Source: an uncultured Candidatus Actinomarina sp. (GTDB taxonomy: Bacteria > Actinomycetota > Acidimicrobiia > Actinomarinales > Actinomarinaceae). From it: a stretch of 64,000 nucleotides of DNA. Below the pieces are notes generated by a model, which did no database searches, had not been told where the DNA came from, and worked only from the letters and a program-made list of their open reading frames with translations. The DNA lies in NCBI GenBank assembly GCA_902593475.1, contig CACJIM010000002.1:2427-66426 (forward strand). Reading direction: 5' to 3'. Shown one piece after another: positions 9,500 through 19,038 of this stretch. Position 1 is the first letter of the stretch. Every line of letters starts with the position of its first letter. Both the position numbers and the translations under genes were made by a program.

Positions 9500-10042
9500 C
9501 TATAAGAAAATCTGGGTTGAGATAATCCAAATAATCAGTACCAAGCTGTAGGAATATTTATCTATAATATATAAGTTTTTTCCAAAGTTATGAAATAGGA
9601 AAAGAACTAAAGGAATTGCTATAAATCCTGAGAACGATACTGCTCTAGCAATAACTAAGTATTCAGTTACAAATACATTTTGATTTCTAAGTAGTACTTG
9701 AAAAACAACTAAGCAAAGCAAAGACACAAAAATTACAGATACTATATTTGTTAACAAATTTTTAAATGATCTATTTTCAATGAAATACTCGTTAAAAAAT
9801 TCTACTGGTATAAATAAAACAAATATCGAAATAAATAATGTAATAAAGGACCAGAAGAGACCTTGTCCACTCCAACTAATAAAAGCTTGTTCGACAAAAC
9901 CAGATGACTCTAAGAATAAATAAATTGAAAAACCTAGTAATGAAGTACCTAGAACAAAACAATAAAGACCCATAACTGAAAAGACTTGACTTTTATTTAA
10001 AGATAAATTACTTTTACCAAGTTTTTTTACTTCGTATTGCAT
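9500..10042 (-). CDS. Hypothetical multi-pass membrane protein
   Basis: About 5 hydrophobic segments; abuts argS stop. Confidence 0.6.
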   Translation of the reverse strand: MQYEVKKLGKSNLSLNKSQVFSVMGLYCFVLGTSLLGFSIYLFLESSGFVEQAFISWSGQGLFWSFITLFISIFVLFIPVEFFNEYFIENRSFKNLLTNIVSVIFVSLLCLVVFQVLLRNQNVFVTEYLVIARAVSFSGFIAIPLVLFLFHNFGKNLYIIDKYSYSLVLIIWIISTQIFL

Positions 10043-10084
10043 ACAGACATATTAACTGTTTTTATATTAAAATATTATTTAAAT

Positions 10085-10327
10085 ATGGAATTAATAGACA
10101 CTCCTAATCCAAATGCTAGAAAAATTATAGTTGACCATGACTATGAAATTTCTATATACATTAATCAAGACTCTAGTGGTGTTAGTGGACTAGCTAAAAA
10201 TCTTTTAGAAATTAACGGAGTTGCTTCCGTCTTTACTGGTCCCGGCTTTTTAACTCTTACCAAAGAGGATTCAGCTGATTGGGTAACTATTAATACAGAT
10301 ATATTAAATAAGTTTGATACAATATAG
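10085..10327 (+). CDS. Stand-alone NifU/Nfu N-terminal (scaffold) domain protein
   Basis: TPNPNARK, LLEINGVASVF, FLTLTK, ADW motifs; likely start MELIDTPNP at 10085 (ORF track 10037). Confidence 0.8.
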   Translation: MELIDTPNPNARKIIVDHDYEISIYINQDSSGVSGLAKNLLEINGVASVFTGPGFLTLTKEDSADWVTINTDILNKFDTI

Positions 10328-10329
10328 CT

Positions 10330-10941
10330 ATGGAAACCTTTAATCCAGATCCGAAACCCGGAAGAGTTGTTCTTCCGTTAGTCCTTATTGGAATGATTGC
10401 AACAACTTATACTTTTATAAATAGAGTTACAACAAATAATGATTTGGATTTGATAGCTGAAGAAACCCCAGTTGAAACCTTAGCAGATGAAGTAGTTGTC
10501 GAAGATACTTCTACAACAAGTACAACCACCACTCTTCCAGATAATTATGTGCAATACCTCGAAGAAATAAGTGCTGAAAAAATTCAAGCAACTGAATTAG
10601 GTAAAGATGTTTTAGAAGCTAATGAAAACTGGGATGCACAATCAGTTACTTACCAAGAGGCAAAGGATGAATTTAGAGCTTTTATCGCAACTGCTGAAGA
10701 GTTTGTTATAACAGTAACTGACCCCGGACCTCCAAATGAATATGCAAATTTAGTTACAAGCCATGAAGAGCTAAAGACTTTAGTTAACTTAATCTATGAA
10801 GATACCGTGGAGTTACTTGCTGGGCTTGAATCATCTGATACAGGTGAACAAAGAGCAGCGGCTCTTGATTCGTTTAACAACAACTTGGATCAGTTTATTA
10901 AAAAGATTGAAGAAGTTGTTGCATCAGCAACTTCTAGCTAG
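10330..10941 (+). CDS. Hypothetical membrane-anchored protein with Thr-rich linker
   Basis: N-terminal TM helix, TSTTSTTTTLP linker, acidic helical domain. Confidence 0.65.
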   Translation: METFNPDPKPGRVVLPLVLIGMIATTYTFINRVTTNNDLDLIAEETPVETLADEVVVEDTSTTSTTTTLPDNYVQYLEEISAEKIQATELGKDVLEANENWDAQSVTYQEAKDEFRAFIATAEEFVITVTDPGPPNEYANLVTSHEELKTLVNLIYEDTVELLAGLESSDTGEQRAAALDSFNNNLDQFIKKIEEVVASATSS

Positions 10942-11962
10942 AAGCTGCTGAACAAACAGTATCAATCATTAACATAGCAATCACGTAAGGATCACCATTA
11001 GCATTGGGTCTTCTGTCTTCTAAATAGCCTTTTTTGTCGACTTCGACTTGCCAAGGGATTCTTATTGATGCACCTCTGTCACTAACTCCATAAGAAAAAG
11101 TATCAAAACTTTGAGTTTCATGATCACCTGTCAGCCTGTCTTCAATGTTTGCACCGTAATTTTTTACATGCAAATCAGCATTTTTACCAAGAGCTTCACA
11201 TCCTGCAACGATAGCATCGTATCCGCCATCTTCTCTCATTTGTTTTGTGGAGAAATTAGTATGCATACCAGCGCCATTCCAATCACCTTTCACAGGTTTT
11301 GGATCTAGTGTTGCAGAGATATTCCAATCTTCAGCAATTCTATAAAGCAACCATCTTGCAACCCATATTTGATCACCAATATCTGGTGCACCTACAGGCC
11401 CAATTTGAAACTCCCACTGACCAGGCATAACTTCGGCATTTGTACCTGAAATACCTAATCCAGCTTCAATACATGCAGTTGCATGAGCTTCAGAAATCTC
11501 TCTTCCATAAACTTCGTCAGCACCAACACCACAATAATAACCACCTTGAGGTGCTGGATATCCTGATGGGGGAAATCCTAAAGGTTGTCCGTATTTAAGT
11601 GAGTCATAAGACTGTTCGTAAAATGTATACTCTTGTTCCATTCCAAACCAAGGCTCAAATTCACCAAAATTTTCAGCCGACTCTACTAATGCAGCTCTAG
11701 TATTAGATGCATGTGGTGTCATGTCTACATTCATTACTTCACACATAACTAAAATATTGTCGCCACCTCTCACTGGATCAGAAAATTGGGCAACTGGCTT
11801 TAACACACAATCAGATTGGTCACCTGTTGCTTGTTGAGTACTAGAACCGTCAAAACCCCAAATAGGAGGCTCTGTTCCTTGATCGATTATTTTTGTTTTA
11901 CTCCTTAATTTTGCGGTCGGAGTTAGACCGTCAATCCATATATATTCTGCTTTTATCTTCAT
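10934..11962 (-). CDS. glnII: Glutamine synthetase type II
   Basis: AEYIWIDG, LRSKTK, WGFDGSST, NAEVMPGQWEFQIGP, DWNGAGMHTNFST, RGASIRIP, LEDRRP; 342 aa is GSII size. Confidence 0.95.
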   Translation of the reverse strand: MKIKAEYIWIDGLTPTAKLRSKTKIIDQGTEPPIWGFDGSSTQQATGDQSDCVLKPVAQFSDPVRGGDNILVMCEVMNVDMTPHASNTRAALVESAENFGEFEPWFGMEQEYTFYEQSYDSLKYGQPLGFPPSGYPAPQGGYYCGVGADEVYGREISEAHATACIEAGLGISGTNAEVMPGQWEFQIGPVGAPDIGDQIWVARWLLYRIAEDWNISATLDPKPVKGDWNGAGMHTNFSTKQMREDGGYDAIVAGCEALGKNADLHVKNYGANIEDRLTGDHETQSFDTFSYGVSDRGASIRIPWQVEVDKKGYLEDRRPNANGDPYVIAMLMIDTVCSAASS

Positions 11963-11995
11963 GAAAATAATGTAATATATATTTCAAGCAATGTT

Positions 11996-12022
11996 GTTAC
12001 AGAATTATTAAATAATTGTTTC
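11996..12022 (-). promoter_or_regulatory. Possible GlnR-type half sites in the glnII/glnR intergenic region
   Basis: Minus strand GAAAC (12018-12022) and GTAAC (11996-12000), 22 bp apart; resembles GlnR a/b pentamers but not in canonical order. Confidence 0.3.
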
Positions 12023-12025
12023 GAG

Positions 12026-12655
12026 ATGATAGATACATATATAAACATAGATAAAGAGCATAAAAACTTCGAAGACTTATTAAAGTCTTCTGGTGTTAAA
12101 AAACTCGCCGTTAAGAATATACAGACCCCAAAGCAAATACATTTAGTTGTAACATCATTTTCGAAATACGGCGAAACTAAGAAAAATTTGTCAGATTTAG
12201 AATCCTCCACTAAACCTTTTCCTACTTTAATTATTGTTAATGAAGTAGATTTTGAACAAACAGTTGACCTAATTCAAAATCCTCAAATTGAATTAATTTC
12301 GAGTAATAGCAAATTAGAAGAAGTGGGTGCAAGAGTTCATGCACTAGTAGGTGATAGTGATTCAGAAATACTTGAATTCAAGGACCTCAGTATTAATTTG
12401 AAAACTTATGAAGCAAAAGCGGGTGATGTGCTACTCGACCTAACATTCATGGAGTATGAGTTATTAAAGTTTTTTGTTGTGAACCAGGAAAATGTTTGGT
12501 CAAGAGAGCAGCTTCTAGAAAAGGTTTGGGGTTACGATTATTTCGGAGGCGCAAGAACAGTTGATGTTCATGTTAGAAGACTAAGAGCAAAGCTTGGTGA
12601 CCAAAGAAATGATTGGATTAAAACAGTACACTCAGTCGGTTACAAATTTAACTAA
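12026..12655 (+). CDS. glnR: GlnR-like OmpR-family regulator (atypical receiver plus winged helix)
   Basis: LDLTFMEYELL...SREQLLEKVWGYDYFGGARTVDVHVRRLRAKLG is the actinobacterial GlnR DNA-binding signature; divergent from glnII. Confidence 0.85.
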   Translation: MIDTYINIDKEHKNFEDLLKSSGVKKLAVKNIQTPKQIHLVVTSFSKYGETKKNLSDLESSTKPFPTLIIVNEVDFEQTVDLIQNPQIELISSNSKLEEVGARVHALVGDSDSEILEFKDLSINLKTYEAKAGDVLLDLTFMEYELLKFFVVNQENVWSREQLLEKVWGYDYFGGARTVDVHVRRLRAKLGDQRNDWIKTVHSVGYKFN

Positions 12656-12995
12656 AGCTGTTACCACAACCACAGGTTCTGGATACATTTGGATTATCAA
12701 TGGAGAAACCGGTTTCCATTAATCCTTCCTTGTAATCAAGAGTTGCACCTTTAATGTGCTCTAAGCTTTGTCCATCGACAACAATATTTACTCCGTCGTA
12801 CTCTTCTATTACGTCACCATCAAATTTATCTGTATCAAAGAACATTTCGTAAGAGTATCCAGAACAACCTCCTGGTTTTACTCCCATTCTGAGAAAGCTA
12901 TCTTCTGCTGTCTCTTCTGATTTTAGTTCTACAAGCTTTTTTACAGCACTGTCAGTAGCAAGAACTGCTCTTGATGATTTAATTTGTATATCCAT
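12648..12995 (-). CDS. erpA: A-type Fe-S carrier (ErpA/IscA/HesB family)
   Basis: GGCSGYSY, LDY, NPNVSRTCGCGNSFS; ATG at 12995 is preceded by TATAAT plus 6 nt. Confidence 0.9.
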   Translation of the reverse strand: MDIQIKSSRAVLATDSAVKKLVELKSEETAEDSFLRMGVKPGGCSGYSYEMFFDTDKFDGDVIEEYDGVNIVVDGQSLEHIKGATLDYKEGLMETGFSIDNPNVSRTCGCGNSFS

Positions 12996-13072
12996 AGTCA
13001 AATTATAACAAGAAAACAGATATTCAATAAATTAATAATTACATCTTTCATAAATGTACTTAGAATATTCGT

Positions 13073-14200
13073 ATGACACAAAGTGATATATTACTAAAAC
13101 ACTTATCTACAGTGTTTGATCCTGAGTTAGGAGCTAATATTGTTGAGCTTGGGATGGTTAAAAATGTAGATCATGAAGAACCTACTGTCAAAATAGACCT
13201 TGCTTTAACGATTGCAGATTGTCCCATGAGAAATCAAATTGAAAAAGAAATCACTAGAAAACTGACATTACTTGAAAATGTTGAAACAGTTGAAATTAAT
13301 GTTGTTGCTATGGATCAAAAAGATAGAACTGCTGTTATGGAAAAAGCAAGAAAAAAAGCAAGGGAAAACGCCCAACCAACAAAGATTGATCCAAGAACTA
13401 GAGTAATTGCAATAGGTAGCGGTAAAGGCGGTGTCGGCAAATCTACTTTATCAACAAATATTGCACTTGGGTTGTCAAAAAAAGGATTTAAAACAGGGCT
13501 TCTAGATGCTGATATTTGGGGATTTTCTATTCCTAGACTTCTAGGAATTAAAGGAAGAATTGAAGCAAACGAAGAAAAACTGATGGTTCCATTTGTCTAT
13601 GACAACTTAAAAGTTATTTCAACCGGACTTATTACTAGTGATGAAGACACTGCACTCATGTGGCGCGGATTAATGTTGAGCAAGGCATTGGAACAATTTC
13701 TAACAAATGTGGAGTGGGGAGATCTTGATTACTTAATAATTGACCTTCCACCGGGTACAGGCGATATTCAAATGGCCTTAAGTAGATTACTTCCACAAGC
13801 CGAGCTTATTGTTGTTACAACTCCACAACTTATGGCACAAAAAGTAGCAACTAGAGTTGCCGATATGGCAAAAAGAAGTTTTATACCGCTTTTAGGTGTA
13901 ATCGAAAACATGTCATACTTTGAAACAAATGCTGGTGACAAATTTAATATATTTGGCCAAGGTGGAGGAGATGCACTAGCAGAACAGTTTGCCCTTCCTA
14001 TGCTGGGTAAAATACCTATCAGCGAAGACACAAATGATATTGCAGATGATGGGACACCTTTAATACTTCAAGAAAAAAATACCCCTACGCAAACAGAAAT
14101 TGAAAAACTCATTTCTGTAATAGCTGAAAAGCTTCCTCCAATAGTTGATGAAACCTGTACTGGTCGTTTAGCAAAGGTTTTTGAAGAGCTTTCAAAGTAA
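13073..14200 (+). CDS. mrp: Mrp/ApbC/NBP35 Fe-S carrier ATPase with N-terminal DUF59
   Basis: DPELGANIVELG, CP, SGKGGVGKST, DADIWG, LIIDLPPGTGD, VIENMS. Confidence 0.93.
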   Translation: MTQSDILLKHLSTVFDPELGANIVELGMVKNVDHEEPTVKIDLALTIADCPMRNQIEKEITRKLTLLENVETVEINVVAMDQKDRTAVMEKARKKARENAQPTKIDPRTRVIAIGSGKGGVGKSTLSTNIALGLSKKGFKTGLLDADIWGFSIPRLLGIKGRIEANEEKLMVPFVYDNLKVISTGLITSDEDTALMWRGLMLSKALEQFLTNVEWGDLDYLIIDLPPGTGDIQMALSRLLPQAELIVVTTPQLMAQKVATRVADMAKRSFIPLLGVIENMSYFETNAGDKFNIFGQGGGDALAEQFALPMLGKIPISEDTNDIADDGTPLILQEKNTPTQTEIEKLISVIAEKLPPIVDETCTGRLAKVFEELSK

Positions 14201-15495
14201 TGGAAAATATTTCAGTAAATAACTTAGTTGAATCAACAAACTCAAATCTTCCTCGAGATTTAAAGATTGAATTCGCAAAAAATATTCTCTCTTCAATTAA
14301 AAATCCTGATGATGCAAAAAAAGAGTTCGAGTTGTTAATCAACAAACTAAGTTTGAAAAAACAAAGAGAAATTATAAATGCAACCGGTACTGTGCTTCAT
14401 ACAAATTTAGGCAGATCTCCAGTAAATGTATCTTTTTCAGGAATGTACACAAATATAGAATACGACTTAACAACTGCTTCAAGGGGTGATCGTAATGATT
14501 ATTTAACAGAGTCTATGAAGGTTTTATTAGGTGTTGAAAATGTAGCTTTTGTTAACAACAATGCTTCCTCTTTATACCTATCTTTACTGTGTATAGCAAA
14601 AAAACATAGCAAAGATACAGTCATAGTGTCCCGAGGTGAAATCATTGAAATTGGAGGTTCTTACAGGCTTCCAGATATAATATCTGAAACTGGTATGAAT
14701 TTAATAGAGGTTGGTACAACAAATAAAACTCGTTTAAGTGATTATGAGGATGCCTTGAAGGAATATCCTAACTCTGTTGTGTTAAAAGTTCATAGAAGCA
14801 ATTTTTCAATTAGTGGATTTACTGAAGAAGTTGGAATTGCTGAACTTGCTCAATTAAAAAATAAACATGATACATTATTAATCCATGATCTGGGTAGTGG
14901 CCTAGTAATTGAAAGCTCTTTTTTAACAAAACACAGTTTATCAATTTTTGAAAAAGAGCCTAGAGTTCAACAATCCATAAAAGATGGTGTTGATATTGTG
15001 ATGTTCTCTGGAGATAAGTTATTTGGCTCAGTGCAATCTGGGATTATTGCAGGAAAAAACGAATTGATTAATTCAATAAAAAACTTCAGCATCTTCAGAA
15101 CTTACAGATGCTCAGATATAGTTTTATATGAACTTCAAAAAACTACAGAATTATATATTCAAAAAAATGAAGAGAATATTCCATTTTGGAATCTTTTAAA
15201 AAAGACTTATTCAGAGCTAGAAAGTAGATTTGAAAAAATTACTGAAAAAAGCAATATTAAATACAAAATAATTAACGGTGAAAGCCTGGTTGGAGGCGGA
15301 ACACTGCCGAATATAACTCTAAGTTCTCCTGTAATGGTTCTAGATGTTGATAAATCAGAAAATGTTTTAATGAAACTAATTAGCAATGAATATCCAATCA
15401 TTCCAAGAGTAGTTGATGGAAAAATAAATATTGATTTGAGGAGTGTATTCGAAAATCAAGATGATGAAATTGCTAAATTTCTACATTCTTTATGA
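14200..15495 (+). CDS. selA: L-seryl-tRNA(Sec) selenium transferase
   Basis: INATGTVLHTNLGRSP, NIEYDL, VNNNA, SRGEIIEIGGSYRLPDI, EVGTTNKT, KVHRSNF, DLGSG, FSGDKLFG (PLP lysine). Confidence 0.93.
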   Translation: MENISVNNLVESTNSNLPRDLKIEFAKNILSSIKNPDDAKKEFELLINKLSLKKQREIINATGTVLHTNLGRSPVNVSFSGMYTNIEYDLTTASRGDRNDYLTESMKVLLGVENVAFVNNNASSLYLSLLCIAKKHSKDTVIVSRGEIIEIGGSYRLPDIISETGMNLIEVGTTNKTRLSDYEDALKEYPNSVVLKVHRSNFSISGFTEEVGIAELAQLKNKHDTLLIHDLGSGLVIESSFLTKHSLSIFEKEPRVQQSIKDGVDIVMFSGDKLFGSVQSGIIAGKNELINSIKNFSIFRTYRCSDIVLYELQKTTELYIQKNEENIPFWNLLKKTYSELESRFEKITEKSNIKYKIINGESLVGGGTLPNITLSSPVMVLDVDKSENVLMKLISNEYPIIPRVVDGKINIDLRSVFENQDDEIAKFLHSL

Positions 15496-17171
15496 CCGTA
15501 TTAGCGACAGCTGGTCATGTTGATCATGGCAAGTCCACATTAGTTAATTTCTTAACAGGACAAGAAACTGACCGCTTAAAAGAAGAGAAGCAAAGAGGCC
15601 TGACCATTAGTCTTGGCTATACATACTTTAACTATGATGACAAAAAATTTTCAATTGTCGATGTGCCTGGTCACTCCGATTACTTTAAAAATACAATTAG
15701 TGGTTTCTCCAACGTTGATGGAGTTTTGTTTTGTGTTGACTCAACCCAGGGTTGGTCTCAACAGTCTGAAGAGCATTTTTTGTCACTCATAAATCTAGGA
15801 ATTAATAATCTACTCTTTTTCCTGACTAAAACAGATAAAAAAGATACCGTGTTTGGCAAAAATGAATTGATAAATAAATTAATTGACTTCAAAGAGATTA
15901 ATTACTCGTTGGTTGAGTTTAGTTCAATAAATAGTGATAAAAAATCAGTACAAAAAATTATTTATGAATTTTTTAACAAATCTGAATCAAATATAAATCC
16001 TCCTTCTTTGTGGGTTGATAGAGTGTTTTCTATTGAGGGGATAGGGAAAGTAATTACTGGAACAGCAAGTAAAAATATGAGTTTTGACAAGGTGTTTGTA
16101 GATGATCAACAAACTCAATTAGATATAAGAGAAGTCGAGTCCGTGGGTCAAAAATTGAATACTTTAATTACCTCATCTTCAAGAATTGCAATATCTTTAA
16201 AAAATAATAAAAGTGATCCAGGAAAAGGAAGTTTGTTGGCTAATCAATTAATTGAAAAAACTACTTATATGCTTATAAGACCAAATACAGATTCGTCTTT
16301 ATTTTTGGAAAGAGGAACTTTAAGAATTTATGTTGGCACACACACTCAGATTATTAAGAAATGTAGAACCATTAAAATCGACAACAAAATGTTCTTGCTA
16401 GTGCAATTAGAAAAAAGCATTCCTGTCCTGAGTTTACAAAAAGTTTTAGTACATAACTTGTCTAAAAAAATGTTCATCGGAGGAAGTGTTGTTCACTCAA
16501 CGAACAATAGTTATTTAATAAAAAAATTAAACAGAGATTTTCGGATGAAAGATAACATAAATTCAGAAGAGATATTTACTTTGATTCCTGAAAACCTATT
16601 AACCAGTAACAGCGATGGGTTTAAAAGATTTGGAAAATTCTTCATTAAAAACAATCATTTAAAAACTTTAGAAGAAAATATTAAATCAAATATTAACGAA
16701 ATTAATAAGTCTGGTGTTGGTAGTTATTTTTATAAAAATTTTTACATAGAGGAAAAAGAATTAAAAAAACTTATTGTTGACTTCAATTCCATAAAAATTC
16801 AGAAGGATCAAATTGTTGAAAATAAGATATTAGATATAGATAGCCAACTTCTTGCGGAAGTTAAATCCCAATTGGGTAATACACTAAATGTTAATGAAGT
16901 GGACTTAAGGAAATACGATACAGAAGCAATTAAATCTTTATTTATGAATGGTTGTCTATTTAGAGTTACAAAAAACATAGTTATTTCGGAAGACCATAAA
17001 AATCAACTAACCGAAATTATCGATTCTTTACCAGATAAATTTTCGGTTACTGATTTTAAAGAACAGTCATCTCTTACTAGAAAATATGCCATTCCATATT
17101 TAGAATTTTTAGATAAAGAGTTTGTAACACAAAAAATAGACTCTAGTGGTTTAAGAGCAAAAATAAACTAG
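15492..17171 (+). CDS. selB: Selenocysteine-specific elongation factor
   Basis: ATAGHVDHGKS, EEKQRGLTISLG, DVPGH, TKTD, VDRVFSIEGIGKVITGT; C-terminal SECIS-binding winged helix TRKYAIPYLEFLD. Confidence 0.92.
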   Translation: MTVLATAGHVDHGKSTLVNFLTGQETDRLKEEKQRGLTISLGYTYFNYDDKKFSIVDVPGHSDYFKNTISGFSNVDGVLFCVDSTQGWSQQSEEHFLSLINLGINNLLFFLTKTDKKDTVFGKNELINKLIDFKEINYSLVEFSSINSDKKSVQKIIYEFFNKSESNINPPSLWVDRVFSIEGIGKVITGTASKNMSFDKVFVDDQQTQLDIREVESVGQKLNTLITSSSRIAISLKNNKSDPGKGSLLANQLIEKTTYMLIRPNTDSSLFLERGTLRIYVGTHTQIIKKCRTIKIDNKMFLLVQLEKSIPVLSLQKVLVHNLSKKMFIGGSVVHSTNNSYLIKKLNRDFRMKDNINSEEIFTLIPENLLTSNSDGFKRFGKFFIKNNHLKTLEENIKSNINEINKSGVGSYFYKNFYIEEKELKKLIVDFNSIKIQKDQIVENKILDIDSQLLAEVKSQLGNTLNVNEVDLRKYDTEAIKSLFMNGCLFRVTKNIVISEDHKNQLTEIIDSLPDKFSVTDFKEQSSLTRKYAIPYLEFLDKEFVTQKIDSSGLRAKIN

Positions 17172-17422
17172 GTGTAGATTGCTTCTCTTTTTCTTTCCAC
17201 CTCATTAAGGCCTCCCCAAACCCCAAAAGGTTCGGAAATTTCATTTGCTTCTTCTAGACACTCAAATTTTACCGGGCACCCACTACAAACAGCTTTTGCT
17301 TTGGCCTCTCTTTTTTCACGATCTTCTTTTTTTTCAAAAGTTGCAGGTGGGAAGAATAAGTTGCTACTGTGTTGTCTGCAAAGAGCATCATATTGCCAAG
17401 TTGAAACTTTTATTTGAAGCAT
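17168..17422 (-). CDS. whiB: WhiB-family Fe-S transcriptional regulator
   Basis: Four Cys (DALC, AVCSGC, FEC), LFFPP, FGVWGGL. Confidence 0.92.
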   Translation of the reverse strand: MLQIKVSTWQYDALCRQHSSNLFFPPATFEKKEDREKREAKAKAVCSGCPVKFECLEEANEISEPFGVWGGLNEVERKREAIYT

Positions 17423-17481
17423 ATGTAAACAGTAAACGCTGAAATCTATCTGTAAAAAGATTTTTTTCGCGAAGTAAACCT

Positions 17482-18642
17482 TTAAATTATGAGTTTTCCA
17501 TCCTCTTCGACAAGTTTGTACTCATTTTTTAAAGTATAAGAATTGCCTTCAGCCCTATCTACAACAATTTTTTTTCCGTTCAATCTAACTAGTGCTTGAT
17601 TGTTGTTAATTAATTCCAGTAAGGTAACTTGGGAATTTACCAAAGATGACATAGCACTTGTATCAGTAGTTAGTCGGGATCTAATTACGGTAGGTATTGC
17701 AACAAAGTAGAAGAAAGCAATTATTGCCGAGGAGCCAAATAATAGAAAGTGATGAATTCGGAGTAAATAATCTGAAAACATAATTAATGACGATCCGTGC
17801 ATAACAATCAAAGCAGCAACTCCTAGTGGTCCAAAAAAACCTCTAGATAGGACTTTTATAAACATCAAGAATGAGGCTAAGAAAATTAGTAAACCAATGT
17901 AATTTAAGTTGTACTCATGAAATGTCATTGAAGAAAAAGCTATTAACAATGCGCCATTAAATGCCATTAAGCCAGGGCCTATTGCAAAGAGTTCTAGGCC
18001 TATTAATGCAAAACCAAGTGCAAAAAATAAATAGGTAAATACAGGATTTGATATAGCAATATAAAACCTTTCAAAAAGCGAAGGTTTAATAAATCTAATT
18101 TGATTGATTTCCTCAGAGCTTAAATCAAAACTCAAAGATATTTGCCTAATTCTTGACGGTATCTCTTGACTGCCTAAGTTTTCCACAAATGCTCCTATAG
18201 AGCCAACGATTAAATAATCCTTATAAATACCTTCCTCAGCTGTAACTAAAACATCATTGTTGGTACAAGCATTTGTTTCACATATGGTTTCAAATAAACC
18301 TGGTCCTTTATTATTTGTAATAATTGTTCCAGGAGATAAGCCTACAAAATCAAAATTGCGTAAGACACTCAAATCAACTTCTCTTTTGTTTGGTCCAACC
18401 CAAATTGCTTTTGGAGCATCGATGTTGTTTAAAATTACTTGTAGTTCATCTATTGAATTTACATTTACATCTGAGGCATTGTACTGAACAACAAAAAGGT
18501 TCTTTTCTTTCTCAATATTCTCATCAACATATCTTTCGAGAGCATTGATATGGCCACTAGAAAAAATACCTTCAATTTCAAATATATTGACATTCGCAGT
18601 ATTTATCACTGCCAAAAATAATATGGGTAATAGTTTTAACAT
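17482..18642 (-). CDS. NfeD-family membrane protein (degenerate N-terminal domain, TM bundle, C-terminal OB-like domain)
   Basis: Signal peptide; PVFTYLFFALGFALIGLELF..PG; hydrophobic bundle; short beta-rich tail. Confidence 0.7.
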   Translation of the reverse strand: MLKLLPILFLAVINTANVNIFEIEGIFSSGHINALERYVDENIEKEKNLFVVQYNASDVNVNSIDELQVILNNIDAPKAIWVGPNKREVDLSVLRNFDFVGLSPGTIITNNKGPGLFETICETNACTNNDVLVTAEEGIYKDYLIVGSIGAFVENLGSQEIPSRIRQISLSFDLSSEEINQIRFIKPSLFERFYIAISNPVFTYLFFALGFALIGLELFAIGPGLMAFNGALLIAFSSMTFHEYNLNYIGLLIFLASFLMFIKVLSRGFFGPLGVAALIVMHGSSLIMFSDYLLRIHHFLLFGSSAIIAFFYFVAIPTVIRSRLTTDTSAMSSLVNSQVTLLELINNNQALVRLNGKKIVVDRAEGNSYTLKNEYKLVEEDGKLII

Positions 18643-18683
18643 TTTATATACTTAAATATATAGGATAGTAGTCTTTTAAAACT

Positions 18684-19007
18684 GTGAAAATTTGCTTAAT
18701 AACCGACAATACATGGGTAAAAGATTCACTCATTAAATTAATTGATTTTGAGTGTAATTTTACTCACTTAGAAGATGCAAACGATATAAATATTTCATAT
18801 GATTACATTTTTGTAGACATGCAAGTAAACAATAACGGCGGGCCTTCTATTGTAAGAGAGCTAAAAAGAAGTGAAAAAGTTATTGATTCGACTATTGTGC
18901 TATTAATTGACCGTGAAGCAGATAGTTTTCAAGCAAAACGAGTTGGAGCAGATAGCTATTTACTTAAACCTCTTGAAAAAACTAAATTAAAAAACCTTTT
19001 TACTTAA
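18684..19007 (+). CDS. Single-domain response regulator receiver
   Basis: YIFVDMQ, ADSYLLKP; 107 aa. Confidence 0.75.
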   Translation: MKICLITDNTWVKDSLIKLIDFECNFTHLEDANDINISYDYIFVDMQVNNNGGPSIVRELKRSEKVIDSTIVLLIDREADSFQAKRVGADSYLLKPLEKTKLKNLFT

Positions 19008-19038
19008 ACAAATAATATTCTAAAATCAATAATACATA

